Shown: piece after piece, positions 20,587 through 29,995 of the stretch
How the letters are laid out: each line of letters opens with the position of its first letter
How positions within the stretch are numbered: position 1 is the first letter of the stretch
NCBI GenBank assembly: GCA_035694525.1
Contig: DASSFL010000138.1
Span: 1-63,741 of the forward strand
Reading direction: 5' to 3'
DNA length: 63,741 bases
From: Candidatus Udaeobacter sp.
GTDB lineage: Bacteria > Verrucomicrobiota > Verrucomicrobiia > Chthoniobacterales > UBA10450
Translations under genes and position numbers: made by a program
The notes under the pieces: generated by a model
What the model was told of the DNA's origin: nothing
Databases searched by the model: none
The model's input: the letters and a program-made list of their open reading frames with translations, nothing else

Positions 20587-21015
20587 ATGGCAACCGTTGC
20601 CCTCCGCAGTCCTTCTGAAAAAGTAGGAGGTCTTTTTTATTTCGGCCGGATGCTGGACAAAATTCGCTTGCACGCCAAAGGCGAATTACCGCCCGACTAT
20701 CACGCGAACCTCGGAAAAGGATTCGACGAAAAATGTGCGAACTTTCTCCGGATCAATTACGACCAACTAGTCGAGCGTGTGAAACGCGGCGGAATGGACG
20801 AAGAAATCCTGCAATGGTGTTTGGAAAATGGGCGCAGGCCGGATGAAACCGACGTTTACGTTTGGAACGAGTTCATGCGCAAGCGCGGCTGGAACGACGA
20901 AGTCTCCCAAATATTGAAGCGCCGCAAAAGGGAAGCGGGCATGACTGACAGATTGGACATTCAGACATCGTTCCAATTTATCGATGCCGACGAAGGGCGG
21001 TTGCCAAAGGAGTAG
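20587..21015 (+). CDS. DUF5069-like protein (function unknown)
   Basis: 142 aa from the ATG at 20587. GGLFYFGRMLDKIRLHAKGELP... matches my memory of the DUF5069 family; unverified. Confidence 0.7.
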   Translation: MATVALRSPSEKVGGLFYFGRMLDKIRLHAKGELPPDYHANLGKGFDEKCANFLRINYDQLVERVKRGGMDEEILQWCLENGRRPDETDVYVWNEFMRKRGWNDEVSQILKRRKREAGMTDRLDIQTSFQFIDADEGRLPKE

Positions 21016-21060
21016 CGTCGGCGTGCCGCGGCGACTCCCGCGACGGCGGCGTCCCTGCCA

Positions 21061-21345
21061 TTACTCCGCCAAGGTATCGATTCGTTCGGCAAGGCCAAAA
21101 TCAAGCTCGGTCAATCCGCCTTTGCTGTGGGTCGAGAGAACCAAACGGACTTTGTTGTAACGAATATCGATGTCCGGATGGTGTTCCTCTTCCTCGGCCA
21201 CTTCGGCCACTGCGTTTACGAAATCAATCGCATCAGCAAAATCATCGAATTCAAACGTGCGTTCGATGTGCTTCTTCTCCAGTTCCCATTCGGGGATCTT
21301 TTTCATTCGCTCCTTGAGCTCGCCTTGTTTGATGAGGTCTGCCAT
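21061..21345 (-). CDS. pterin-4-alpha-carbinolamine dehydratase
   Basis: 94 aa from the internal ATG at 21345. EEEHHPDI motif and typical PCD length. The upstream extension of the track ORF looks non-coding. Confidence 0.85.
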   Translation of the reverse strand: MADLIKQGELKERMKKIPEWELEKKHIERTFEFDDFADAIDFVNAVAEVAEEEEHHPDIDIRYNKVRLVLSTHSKGGLTELDFGLAERIDTLAE

Positions 21346-21569
21346 AACGGGACAACGAGTAACACCCGAAAATCGTTTTGCAACGCCAAAACGAGCGGCA
21401 TTTTTTGCGGGCAAATCGCCGCCCAATTCAATTCGATGTTCAGACGATGCAACGTCGCCCCGCAAGTATAGTCGCCTGGCCCTTTTTTGTAAGGCACAGG
21501 GGAAGGGTGAGGGTTGTTTAGGCAACTGATATTTGCGGGATCCAGCCCCTCACCTTTGTCCTCTCCGCT

Positions 21570-22712
21570 CTAAAGACTCAGAATCTTTCTGAGATTTTTT
21601 GCAGAATCGAAGACTTCCACAGCGCATGCTCGCGCCTGCTTCGATAATCTCGACCAATCACGCAACACTTCTTTTACTGCCGCTTCCGCTTCATCGAAGT
21701 TCCGGATGAACCGAAATCCGCTTTCACTTGGGAGATATCTTGTTGCACCCGTGTCTTCCGTGATCACCGGCCGCCCGAGTGCAAGGAACGCCGCCGCCCG
21801 GTCGCTTACCCACCCGGTTTGCCAGGCGACATCGACGCCCTTAATGGCCGTAAATTCCCCAAGCCCGCTCGCCATGTACCGACGATAAGCACTCGGCGTG
21901 CGCGCAACCCGGTGAGGATCGACAACGCGCCAGCCAAGCTGTTGCAAGCGCGCCCTCTCCGGATCGTCCGGGCTGATATTCATCGCCAGTTCGAACCGCG
22001 CCTCAGGCACGCGTGCTGGTAAACCGAGATAAGGTTCGAACATGATTCTTTTGGACAAGTCGGGGAATTCTCCCGCCACTTCCACGGCACCGCTCCAGTA
22101 CCATTGCCCAATCGTTGTGAATTTAGACAGCCTCGGGCGAGGTTGGCTTTGCAGGAGTTTCGTGTCAGCGAGCGGATAAAACGTTTTCCAGTTCACAGAT
22201 GATTTTGGCAACTGGCAATCACTTCCCTTTACGTTGAGGCCGATCGTCCAAAATTCGTCGTGATACGACTGGCCCAACTCCATTTTGGTCACCCAATAAA
22301 AAATTTCGCTTGGATCCAGATCGCAAAAGATGCGTCGACCAAATTGCAAAAGAAGTGGCGGGTGAATCGAGTAACTGAGATTGAGCAGCGTGTTTGGGCC
22401 GGCGAGTCGATCAAGCAGCGCTTGTTTCGACATTCCGATACAACGCATCGCGTCGAGCTCATGCGTGCTCGCTGGCGGTTTCTGATAGAGCAAACAATAT
22501 CGGCCGGCCAATCCATGCGCACGCAATTGCCGCTGGAAATTGTCGATCCTGACCTGATCGGCACGCGGGTCATCTGTCGCGGGCAGTAACTCGAGCCAGA
22601 TGGCATCGAGCTTCAACCGCTGCAGGCCGAGCATCCATTGCAGGGGGACGGAAAAATTCCCGCCTCCTTCGCGATATTTTGCGGCAAAGCCGCATCCGAG
22701 GAAAACCGTCAT
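21570..22712 (-). CDS. glycosyltransferase-like protein, distant paralogue of 14427..15599
   Basis: 380 aa. Blocks shared with the paralogue: GLQRL..D, FT..G.W, FELA.NI, and TGWVSDRAAAFLALGRPVITEDTG...VFDSAKNL. Confidence 0.6.
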   Translation of the reverse strand: MTVFLGCGFAAKYREGGGNFSVPLQWMLGLQRLKLDAIWLELLPATDDPRADQVRIDNFQRQLRAHGLAGRYCLLYQKPPASTHELDAMRCIGMSKQALLDRLAGPNTLLNLSYSIHPPLLLQFGRRIFCDLDPSEIFYWVTKMELGQSYHDEFWTIGLNVKGSDCQLPKSSVNWKTFYPLADTKLLQSQPRPRLSKFTTIGQWYWSGAVEVAGEFPDLSKRIMFEPYLGLPARVPEARFELAMNISPDDPERARLQQLGWRVVDPHRVARTPSAYRRYMASGLGEFTAIKGVDVAWQTGWVSDRAAAFLALGRPVITEDTGATRYLPSESGFRFIRNFDEAEAAVKEVLRDWSRLSKQARACAVEVFDSAKNLRKILSL

Positions 22713-22767
22713 GCGAGCAGAATCGTCGTTCTGCTCGCATGCTCAAGCCTCGGGGCGTTACGTAGCC

Positions 22768-24495
22768 TTAGAAGATGCGTCCATGCAGCGGGGCGTTCGC
22801 TGTGCCGGTGAACAACTGAGGCTGTCGCGGCTGATCGTTGCAAAGCCCGGCGTTCGGTATCGGGATCACCGAGCCCAGCAAACGCGGCTGTCTTCGCACG
22901 TGTATCTGCTGCTCCAGATCGTAAGCCAAACCAAGCAATCGCGGTTCCCGCAGGAAGGTGCTGTACATCAGGATTCCCGCCGGCCTTCCGCTCTGACGTA
23001 TCGCGGCCGGAAGCGATAAGTTTGGATAACCGGCAACGGCAGGTCCGGTGGAGTTCGTAAGATGCGGTGCGACAATGGCATCGAGGTTCTGCGAGCGGAT
23101 CGCGTTATCGATTCCAGCGCGCGCCGCCCTGCGAGCGTGTGTTCGCGCGGCGATGTAAGCCGGATTTGTGGGATAACCGATGGTCTGTTGCGCCATTTCA
23201 AAGATCTCCTGCCCGTAGTAAACCAATTCTTCGCGGCAATGCGCATTGTTGAACGCAATCAAATCAGCCAAGGTCCGCATGTTAGTGTCAGTAAGTTTGG
23301 CGAGGTAGTCCGCGATTTGCGCCTTGAATTCGTACAGTAGCGCAGTGAACTCGTCATCGGTGTAGGCGAATACGTCACCGGTATCACAGTCAACGATCGT
23401 CGCACCCAGGCTTTCCATTTCGATCAACGCGTTGTTCGCAAACACTACAGTTTCTTCATCGCCGGGGATGCCGCTGCCAAAGTATCTGTAATCAAAATAG
23501 CGAATGTCGCGTCCGATTCGCGCCCCTTGGAGCGAGCCGCGTTGCAGAAACTGCGTGTAGTCGGTGGGCACGTGAATTCCAAGCACTTCACCCCACGGCG
23601 ACTGCAGAACGCCGAGAAGAATTGCGGCATCGGTCACGCTGCGCGCCATCGGCCCGGCGGTGTCCTGCTGATGGGAAATTGGAATGATACCGTATGGTGA
23701 AACAAGCCCGAGAGTAGGTTTCAACCCAACGATGTTCTCAACCGCGGACGGTCCCGTGATGGACCCGTCGGTCTCCGTGCCAACAGCCACGGAGCACAAG
23801 TTCGCAGCCACACCGTTGGCGGAACCGGAGCTGGAACCCCATGATGTGTAACTGAGGTCATAAGCATTCTTCGTATCGCCGCCGCGTGCGCTCCAACCGA
23901 CAGCAAGGGGATAAACATTATCGTTCCCGCGAAAGTTTGCCCATTCGCCCAGATTCGTTTTGCCAAGAATCACGGCACCCGCAGCGCGTAGATGTGAAAT
24001 GATTGTTGCGTCGCCCGGCACACGGCTACCGACCAACGCCAGTGAGCCGGCGGTCGTTTCCATGATATTCGTAGTGCCTTCGCAAACTTCGGGGCCGGTC
24101 GCGATGTTGTCCTTGACCAAAACAGGAATCCCATGCAGCGGGCCACGAATGTGCCCGTTGACGCGTTCATGGTCGAGCTGATTGGCCATGCATATCGCAT
24201 TTGAATTTGTTTGGATGACCGAGTGAAGCAGGGGGTTCAGCGCCTCGATACGCCGCAAGTAATATTCCACCAGCGCTCTACTGGTCACCTCACCCGAAGC
24301 CATTGCGGCCTCGAGCTCGGGGATGCTCGCTTCAGCAATTTGAAAACTTTCCGCGGCTGCCGAAGCAGATCGTGAAAGCAGTGAAGCAAGCCCTCCGCTC
24401 AACAGAGCTGCGCTTCCGAGAGCGGTGTTGCCGAGGAATTTTCGGCGGGATATGGTGTGGTCAGATTCAGTACGGTCAGAGTCTTGCTTGCTCAT
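22768..24495 (-). CDS. amidase-signature family amidase with Tat signal peptide
   Basis: 575 aa from the ATG at 24495. Twin-arginine signal SRRKFLGNTALGSAALL and amidase signature GSSSGSANGVAANL. Confidence 0.85.
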   Translation of the reverse strand: MSKQDSDRTESDHTISRRKFLGNTALGSAALLSGGLASLLSRSASAAAESFQIAEASIPELEAAMASGEVTSRALVEYYLRRIEALNPLLHSVIQTNSNAICMANQLDHERVNGHIRGPLHGIPVLVKDNIATGPEVCEGTTNIMETTAGSLALVGSRVPGDATIISHLRAAGAVILGKTNLGEWANFRGNDNVYPLAVGWSARGGDTKNAYDLSYTSWGSSSGSANGVAANLCSVAVGTETDGSITGPSAVENIVGLKPTLGLVSPYGIIPISHQQDTAGPMARSVTDAAILLGVLQSPWGEVLGIHVPTDYTQFLQRGSLQGARIGRDIRYFDYRYFGSGIPGDEETVVFANNALIEMESLGATIVDCDTGDVFAYTDDEFTALLYEFKAQIADYLAKLTDTNMRTLADLIAFNNAHCREELVYYGQEIFEMAQQTIGYPTNPAYIAARTHARRAARAGIDNAIRSQNLDAIVAPHLTNSTGPAVAGYPNLSLPAAIRQSGRPAGILMYSTFLREPRLLGLAYDLEQQIHVRRQPRLLGSVIPIPNAGLCNDQPRQPQLFTGTANAPLHGRIF

Positions 24496-24776
24496 GTGAT
24501 TCTCCGGTTGACGCTGTTTCGCGAGTAAACAGACCTGGGTTTGATTGGTTGGTGTTGCACGGGGCGGAGGACTCCGCTCCGGTTGATTCCTGCCCGCAAT
24601 GCTTCGCATAGCGACACAGGCGGGTGGATCATAGGCTGGACGATTTCGCGCGCTCGGCTCCATAACCCTGCGTCAGCAGATCGTTTCTGATCTTGCAAGC
24701 GGCCGGAAATTTTTCAGTTTTTCTTGCACTATTTGACCGCTGTGCTCTTCCTTCGCAAATTAGTTGTTCTTGTCGG

Positions 24777-24815
24777 GCACCCGTAGCTCAACTGGATAGA
24801 GCATCTGACTACGGA
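24777..24815 (+). pseudogene. 5' half of tRNA-Arg(ACG) (acceptor 5' strand through anticodon loop)
   Basis: 39 nt identical to 30389-30427 except G3 to A. Identity stops right after ...CTACGGA. Confidence 0.75.
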
Positions 24816-24899
24816 GCGATGTCGCTACGAAGGTCCCCTGACAGGTGCTACGCCGTTTGCTACGGATGCGTGGAATCACTCCAAAACGTCCCGCCTAAG

Positions 24900-25045
24900 T
24901 CAGTGCATGCATTCGAAACACTTTCCGTCGCCGCGATGTGTTTCGGCAATCCAGATCGTTCGCCCGTTGGAACCAATCGCTAATACACAGCCCCAACTCC
25001 AACCGGCTTTGCTGAGACTGTCAGCGATTATTTCCAATACTTCAT
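24900..25045 (-). pseudogene. frameshifted copy 1 of a small conserved ORF family (MKYWEIIAD..LSKAGWSWGC...DAHR.DGK...)
   Basis: The minus strand reads ATG AAG TAT TGG then is missing one nt. Restoring it gives MKYW(E)IIADSLSKAGWSWGCVLAIGSNGRTIWIAETHRGDGKCFECMH*. Confidence 0.6.
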
Positions 25046-25102
25046 GCTATATCGAGCATGGCTCCTCTTCGTAGAACAGCATGGTCGAGCTTTATCGTTT
25101 TT

Positions 25103-27931
25103 TCATTGAGGCGAGACGACCAGTTCTTGAAATCGCGGATCGCCGCGGAGCGGATCGAACATCGGATCGAGCCGGAGCCGCGCGCGAGTCAGCGGTACGT
25201 TTTCAGCCAGCGCCCCTTGGCCCGGCATAGAGAGTAGTTTCTGTAAAGCGGCAATGGCGCGGTCGGTCTCGCCTAGTTGCCCTGCCACCCGGGCGAGGAT
25301 CTCGAGCGATTGTGGACCAAAAGCTGCGTCTTTCTCGATCGGCACCGCGGCGATGGCGCGGTCCGTCAGAGCCAAGGCGGCGGCTTTGTCACCGAGACCC
25401 ATATTGGTCAGCGCAAGATCTCCAAGGAGGATGTAATTTTCCGGTTGTTCTTTGAGGAAAGGTTCCAGTTCGCTGCGCGCCTGTCGCCAACTTTCCTGGG
25501 CGGCGGCACGGTCGCCGGCAACTTCTTGCGCCCAGCCTAAATAAAAGCGCAGTTCGCCATTAATGTAACCTAGCGCTGGACCAGGCTTGGCCAATATCTC
25601 CGTAAGCCGAGAGATCATTTGTGCAGGGCGGCGCTCCAGGATCCCTTGGTAAACCTGCGTTTCCAAGGCGCCCGAGGTTTCGCCAGTTGGCTGCAACGGA
25701 GCAAGAAGTGCGGAGGAACGCGGAAGGTCGCCCTCGGCTTGTGCAATCGCCGCCTTCAGCGCAATCGTATCGACGTCGTCTGGTGTGATATTAAGAACCT
25801 GATCAAGATTGCGCAGGGCTTCCGGGAAACGACGAAGGCTGATATAGGAAAGCGCGTGCTGGGTGAGTAGATTGATGTTGCGTGGGTCGAGCCGCTCGGC
25901 TTGCTTGAAATACAGCTCGCTTTGGTCCCACTGGCCCCGTCTGCGAGCAACATAGGCCAGCGATTCAGGTATCTGGCTGCTATTGGGCAGAAACTGACGC
26001 GCTTGCTCAAAATAAAGCACGGCGGTGTCGTAATCCTTTAAGCAGGCGTAGTGGTAATGGCCCATGGCTAATATGGCCTCGCCGAGATTGGGCTGAAGAG
26101 TAAGCGCGGTCTCGGCTGCATGCCGCGCTTCTTCACGTAGGGCATCCGTGGGTTGAAGAGCCGTTGTGATGTAGCCACGCGCGTCCACATACGAGAGCAG
26201 CGCCCATGCAAGCGCGAACTTCGGATCCAAGCGCACCGCCTCCTTGAGATGTTTCTGTGCGGCAAGGAAGTTGGTAGGTCTGCTATACGCTTTCAATGTA
26301 TACGCTAACCCGCGCAGGTAGGCGTCGTAAGCTTCGGTGTTGTCCGTTGGTATGGCGGCGATAACTTGCTCTTCCCGACCGGTGAGCTTCGCTTGCAACG
26401 ATTCCGCGATGGCTTTGGCGACCTCACTCTCGACAGCAAAGACGTCGGTCAGTTTTCGATCAAATGTGTCGGCCCAAAGATTAGAGTTACTCGCTGCTTT
26501 GATTAGCTGCACGTTCACACGCACTACGTCGCCGCTCTTCTGCACGCTGCCTTCCAGGATGTGAGCTACGCCAAGTTGCTTCGCGATCTCGCCGAGATTC
26601 TTGGGTTTGCTTTGATAGTGTTGCGTGGAAGTGCGCGAAATGACTCTTAAATCCGCTATGCTAGCCAGCCGCGTCAGGATCTCCTCTTGAATGCCGTCGG
26701 CGAAATAGGCGTTGTTCGAATCGCGGCTTAAGTTCTCAAACGGAAGCACTGCGATGCTCTTTTCGGGCGTAGGACTAAATAATCCGCTTTCCCAAACATT
26801 CCAGGCGATGGCCGTTGCCAAAGCAACCAACGCTGCAATTAACGCAGCGATATCCGGTTTCCGCCGCACCCATTTGCGGGTGTGTGTAAAAAATCCACTG
26901 CGCTTCGCTTGGATTGGTTCGTGCTTTAGCCAGTGTTCCAAGTCTTCAGCCAGCGCGAGAGCAGAAAAGTAGCGACGCTCTGGATCTTTCTCCAGGCACT
27001 TCAGACAAATTGTGGACAGATCGCGAGCGATGTTTCGATTCCACAAGCGCGGTTGCCGTGGTTCAGTGTCCAGCAGTAGCCGCATCGTTTGATAGGTTGT
27101 TCCTCCGGCAAAAGGTGGATGGCCGGTGAGCAATTCGTAGAAGACCGCGCCAAGTCCATAGACATCTGTGGCCTTGCCGACGGCCGCGTTGTTTCCCGCA
27201 GCTTGTTCAGGTGCCATGTAACTGGGTGTGCCCATTACTTCCAGGGTGCGTGTGACCGTGCTCTCAGCGTCGACTAATCGGGCTAGGCCAAAATCGGTCA
27301 GATGCGGTTCGCCTTTTGCATCCAACAGAATGTTCCCAGGCTTGATATCTCGATGCAATATCCCGTGTTCATGCGCGTAATGCACAGTGCGCGCTACCTT
27401 TGCGATTAATTCCGCCGCTTGCCGGATCGACATCGGGACGCGCCTGACTGTTTCGTCAAGCTGGCCCCCCTCAACGAAATTCATGCTGAAGTAGCAGCAA
27501 CCATCGCGCTCCCCAATTTCATGAATGGGAACGATAAATGGATGGTCGAGGGTGGCAGCGGCTTCCGCTTCGCGGCGAAAGCGCTTCAGATGCGCTTCGG
27601 TAGCCCAGGGGCCCAGGCCGATGACTTTGAGTGCGACGGTGCGATTGAGACTTTTCTGATGCGCGCGATAAACTACGCCCTGACCGCCCCGGCCGATCTC
27701 CTCCAGCAATTCGTAGTCACCAAAGTCAGCCAGCATTTCAACCGGAGGCGTACCGTGTTTTCTCCGCGGCATGGGTTCTTGATCGGTCGTGTTTTCATCC
27801 TCGTCGTAGAGCAGATCAAAGCCGGTCTCTAACAGGCAAGCCGGGCAAACTCCCCGCGGCGCGTCCGGAGAGATCTTTGCGCCGCACTTTCCGCAAACGC
27901 TATCAGCAGTCTTCACTTTTGGCGCGCACAC
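25103..27931 (-). CDS. Ser/Thr protein kinase with N-terminal zinc-ribbon, TM helix and C-terminal TPR array
   Basis: 942 aa. Motifs CGKCGAKI...CPAC, HRDIKPGNILL, DFGLA, GTPSYMAPE. One TM helix, an SIAVLPFENLS segment, then TPR-like repeats. Confidence 0.9.
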   Translation of the reverse strand: MCAPKVKTADSVCGKCGAKISPDAPRGVCPACLLETGFDLLYDEDENTTDQEPMPRRKHGTPPVEMLADFGDYELLEEIGRGGQGVVYRAHQKSLNRTVALKVIGLGPWATEAHLKRFRREAEAAATLDHPFIVPIHEIGERDGCCYFSMNFVEGGQLDETVRRVPMSIRQAAELIAKVARTVHYAHEHGILHRDIKPGNILLDAKGEPHLTDFGLARLVDAESTVTRTLEVMGTPSYMAPEQAAGNNAAVGKATDVYGLGAVFYELLTGHPPFAGGTTYQTMRLLLDTEPRQPRLWNRNIARDLSTICLKCLEKDPERRYFSALALAEDLEHWLKHEPIQAKRSGFFTHTRKWVRRKPDIAALIAALVALATAIAWNVWESGLFSPTPEKSIAVLPFENLSRDSNNAYFADGIQEEILTRLASIADLRVISRTSTQHYQSKPKNLGEIAKQLGVAHILEGSVQKSGDVVRVNVQLIKAASNSNLWADTFDRKLTDVFAVESEVAKAIAESLQAKLTGREEQVIAAIPTDNTEAYDAYLRGLAYTLKAYSRPTNFLAAQKHLKEAVRLDPKFALAWALLSYVDARGYITTALQPTDALREEARHAAETALTLQPNLGEAILAMGHYHYACLKDYDTAVLYFEQARQFLPNSSQIPESLAYVARRRGQWDQSELYFKQAERLDPRNINLLTQHALSYISLRRFPEALRNLDQVLNITPDDVDTIALKAAIAQAEGDLPRSSALLAPLQPTGETSGALETQVYQGILERRPAQMISRLTEILAKPGPALGYINGELRFYLGWAQEVAGDRAAAQESWRQARSELEPFLKEQPENYILLGDLALTNMGLGDKAAALALTDRAIAAVPIEKDAAFGPQSLEILARVAGQLGETDRAIAALQKLLSMPGQGALAENVPLTRARLRLDPMFDPLRGDPRFQELVVSPQ

Positions 27932-28277
27932 TGAGATTACGTGAATTTCATAATCGCGCCTTAGTCAGACTGCCGAGAGTGTCAGCTATGATATTCCAGT
28001 AATTTACGCGACGGATTGTGCTCTTTTGCTCTACTCACGGCAACGACAAAATGTTCCCTGACGGGGGTTTTGCTTGTAGTGCGCTGACCAAATCGCGTAG
28101 GACAACGCCGCCGACAGCGAGGCCTCCAATGAGGCACACTTTTAGCCGTAGGATTCGCGGTACCAGCGTCCCTGATGATCGTGCCACACGTGATCATCAG
28201 TAGCTACAGCGGCCAGCGCCATGTGTGGCGTCCGTTCTTTATGCAGGGCTGGGCCAGCGTATTACGGAGATCACGTC

Positions 28278-28478
28278 ATGTGGGGCGGGCTGCTCCTGCA
28301 AACAGTGTTCACCTGTGTCTTTGCTGCCTTGATCGTTAATATCCCGCGGCCGCGGAAGAAAACGGCGGCGCAGCGCCCTATCCCGAAAGAGAGAGGGCAG
28401 ATCACCTCGGGAGTAGCACTTCAAAATCCCACGCACGCGGTTTCGCTGCCTATTGATTGCCGCCGATGGTGCTGCTGA
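28278..28478 (+). CDS. small membrane protein (66 aa), tentative
   Basis: MWGGLLLQTVFTCVFAALIV (TM helix) followed by a basic tail. Its stop overlaps the next ATG (TGATG). Confidence 0.3.
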   Translation: MWGGLLLQTVFTCVFAALIVNIPRPRKKTAAQRPIPKERGQITSGVALQNPTHAVSLPIDCRRWCC

Positions 28479-28699
28479 TGAAAACGAACACTTCTCCAGT
28501 CCTTCCTGGCGAAGTCCAGGCATACGTTCACCTTCAGCGCCAGATCCACGACGCGTTGCGTAAGGAACATCCCGAATGGGTCGAGCCAAACGGCGAATCC
28601 CCCATGTGTGATTCTTACGAGGCGCGTCTCGCGGAACAGCTCGATACTTTCACGCGAAGGGGATCCCCCGCCAGGAAAGGAGATTTTCCAAGTCAATGA
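28478..28699 (+). CDS. small hypothetical protein (73 aa), tentative
   Basis: MKTNTSPVLPGEVQAYVHLQRQIHDALRKEHPEW.... Coupled to both neighbours by 1-nt and 4-nt overlaps. Confidence 0.35.
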   Translation: MKTNTSPVLPGEVQAYVHLQRQIHDALRKEHPEWVEPNGESPMCDSYEARLAEQLDTFTRRGSPARKGDFPSQ

Positions 28700-29034
28700 C
28701 CGCGATTACGGTCCGGATCCCAGATGAATCCGTCGAACTCGACAATGTCGAGGAGCGCAGGGTTTTGACGGCCCTCGAAGTCATTTATGAGGGTGGCTGC
28801 CTGCACGGCAAGACCGCCGATTTCTCCACGCGCGACCTTGAGCGCGTTGTGGTTGGCCTCCACGTGCGTAATTGGCATTTCTTTGAAACTTATAAGCGCA
28901 CGATCTGCGTCGATATTCGCAGCCAGCGAACGATCTTTCGCTGCGCCGGCACTTTTAAACCCAACATCAGCAGTTGGTGGGAGAGGGTGCTCGCGGTCCT
29001 TCGCATGCGCAAAGTGAAGGCCATCGTAATATGA
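28696..29034 (+). CDS. hypothetical protein (112 aa), tentative; competes with antisense ORF 28693..29139
   Basis: ATGA overlap with the upstream ORF and high third-position GC. The antisense 148-aa ORF sits in the mirror frame and cannot be excluded. Confidence 0.35.
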   Translation: MTAITVRIPDESVELDNVEERRVLTALEVIYEGGCLHGKTADFSTRDLERVVVGLHVRNWHFFETYKRTICVDIRSQRTIFRCAGTFKPNISSWWERVLAVLRMRKVKAIVI

Positions 29035-29353
29035 AATTTTTCTAGTCACGGGGGCGCATCGCCCCGCAGTTTTTTCGTCGATACATATGAAGACGATAAT
29101 TTTGATACTGGTGGCAATAGCGACGATGTCGTTTGCCATGTGCCTAGATGCATAAGGGCAACGCCTTCCCCTGCCGGAAAGTCACGCAGACTCGCGAACA
29201 TCGTTGCCTGCGCAATTTCGGGTCAGTGTGGAGAAAGGCATTATCACGCTAAGGGACGTGAAGAGTGGAAAAGTCCTGGGGCAGGACGACCTTTGAGAGG
29301 TGGGGAGTTGGAGGAGACAGCGCAAATCCAGAAAGTGAGCGCCCAGCTTGAAG

Positions 29354-29509
29354 CGAGCAAACCTGCGCCGCAAATGGTCAACAATCCCTAAGGCCGCATC
29401 GATCTTTGTGGCAGATGCGCATCGCGGTGACGGAAAACGTTTCGTCGTGCGCGCCGAGGATAAGCTGACTGCGTTTCTTGAACTGGAATCGGCGGTGAAA
29501 CTGGACTGA
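29354..29509 (+). pseudogene. C-terminal remnant (copy 2) of the small GWSWG/DAHR.DGKRF ORF family
   Basis: Reads ...KAASIFVADAHRGDGKRFVVRAEDKLTAFLELESAVKLD*. Clear nucleotide similarity to 33400-33470. No usable N-terminus, and other gene fragments lie upstream. Confidence 0.45.
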
Positions 29510-29668
29510 GACAAAGACACGAACTGGCTCTTGTTCGATCCGAACGAGTTCCAGAGATTTGCTCAGCAAAAAGGAGGCATGATGAAAAAAGGGAGAGGAA
29601 AAGTCCTAAAACGTCTCTGTCGTTCGTCGTATTATTGCGGCAGCGGAAACTCAGACAGAGAAAACCCC

Positions 29669-29995
29669 ATGAAAACTGACGAGCATCTCGAACCGACAGC
29701 CGTTTTCATTCAGAGAGTAACCGCCGCCGTTTCGGAACTGAAAGACCATCTGCAACAGGATTACGAGCGCACATATCCCGGCTTGGGCGAAATCATCCGC
29801 ATTGTGCTCGACGAAGAGGAAGCCAAAGCGTGGGGGTTATCATTTTTCCCGCACTTGTTCCCGCCCGACATGGTGGAAGCGCACATCGCCAATCTCAATC
29901 TGCATCCGGTGGAGACGAAGCATGAAGGTGTTTTCGAGCGGCACGACTTCAACAAATTTGAAACCGATCAATCTGCCTTCGCGGCATGTGCATAG
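29669..29995 (+). CDS. hypothetical protein (108 aa), tentative
   Basis: Internal ATG of track ORF 29531..29995 (MKTDEHLEPTAVFIQRV...). No family recognised. The 3' end overlaps the integrase remnant. Confidence 0.35.
   Translation: MKTDEHLEPTAVFIQRVTAAVSELKDHLQQDYERTYPGLGEIIRIVLDEEEAKAWGLSFFPHLFPPDMVEAHIANLNLHPVETKHEGVFERHDFNKFETDQSAFAACA

Noticed and set aside
20419-20673. An 84-aa minus-strand ORF upstream of the PafA/Dop gene ending ...SLRTG. I considered it as a Pup/UBact-like modifier.
   Set aside because: It is not acidic or disordered like Pup. It lacks a terminal Gln or Glu. It overlaps the inverted-repeat element and the DUF5069-like start, so it is most likely a non-coding artefact.
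24724-24729. A shared TTGCAC hexamer upstream of both the tRNA 5' half (24724-24729) and the intact tRNA (30354-30359), as evidence of a duplicated promoter.
   Set aside because: The distances to the tRNA start differ (47 nt and 29 nt) and the surrounding sequence is unrelated. This is probably coincidence.
28693-29139. A 148-aa minus-strand ORF as the real gene in this interval.
   Set aside because: Not fully rejected, but ranked below the + strand ORF. The + ORF is translationally coupled to two upstream ORFs and has the higher third-position GC. The minus ORF occupies the mirror frame that tends to stay open by chance.
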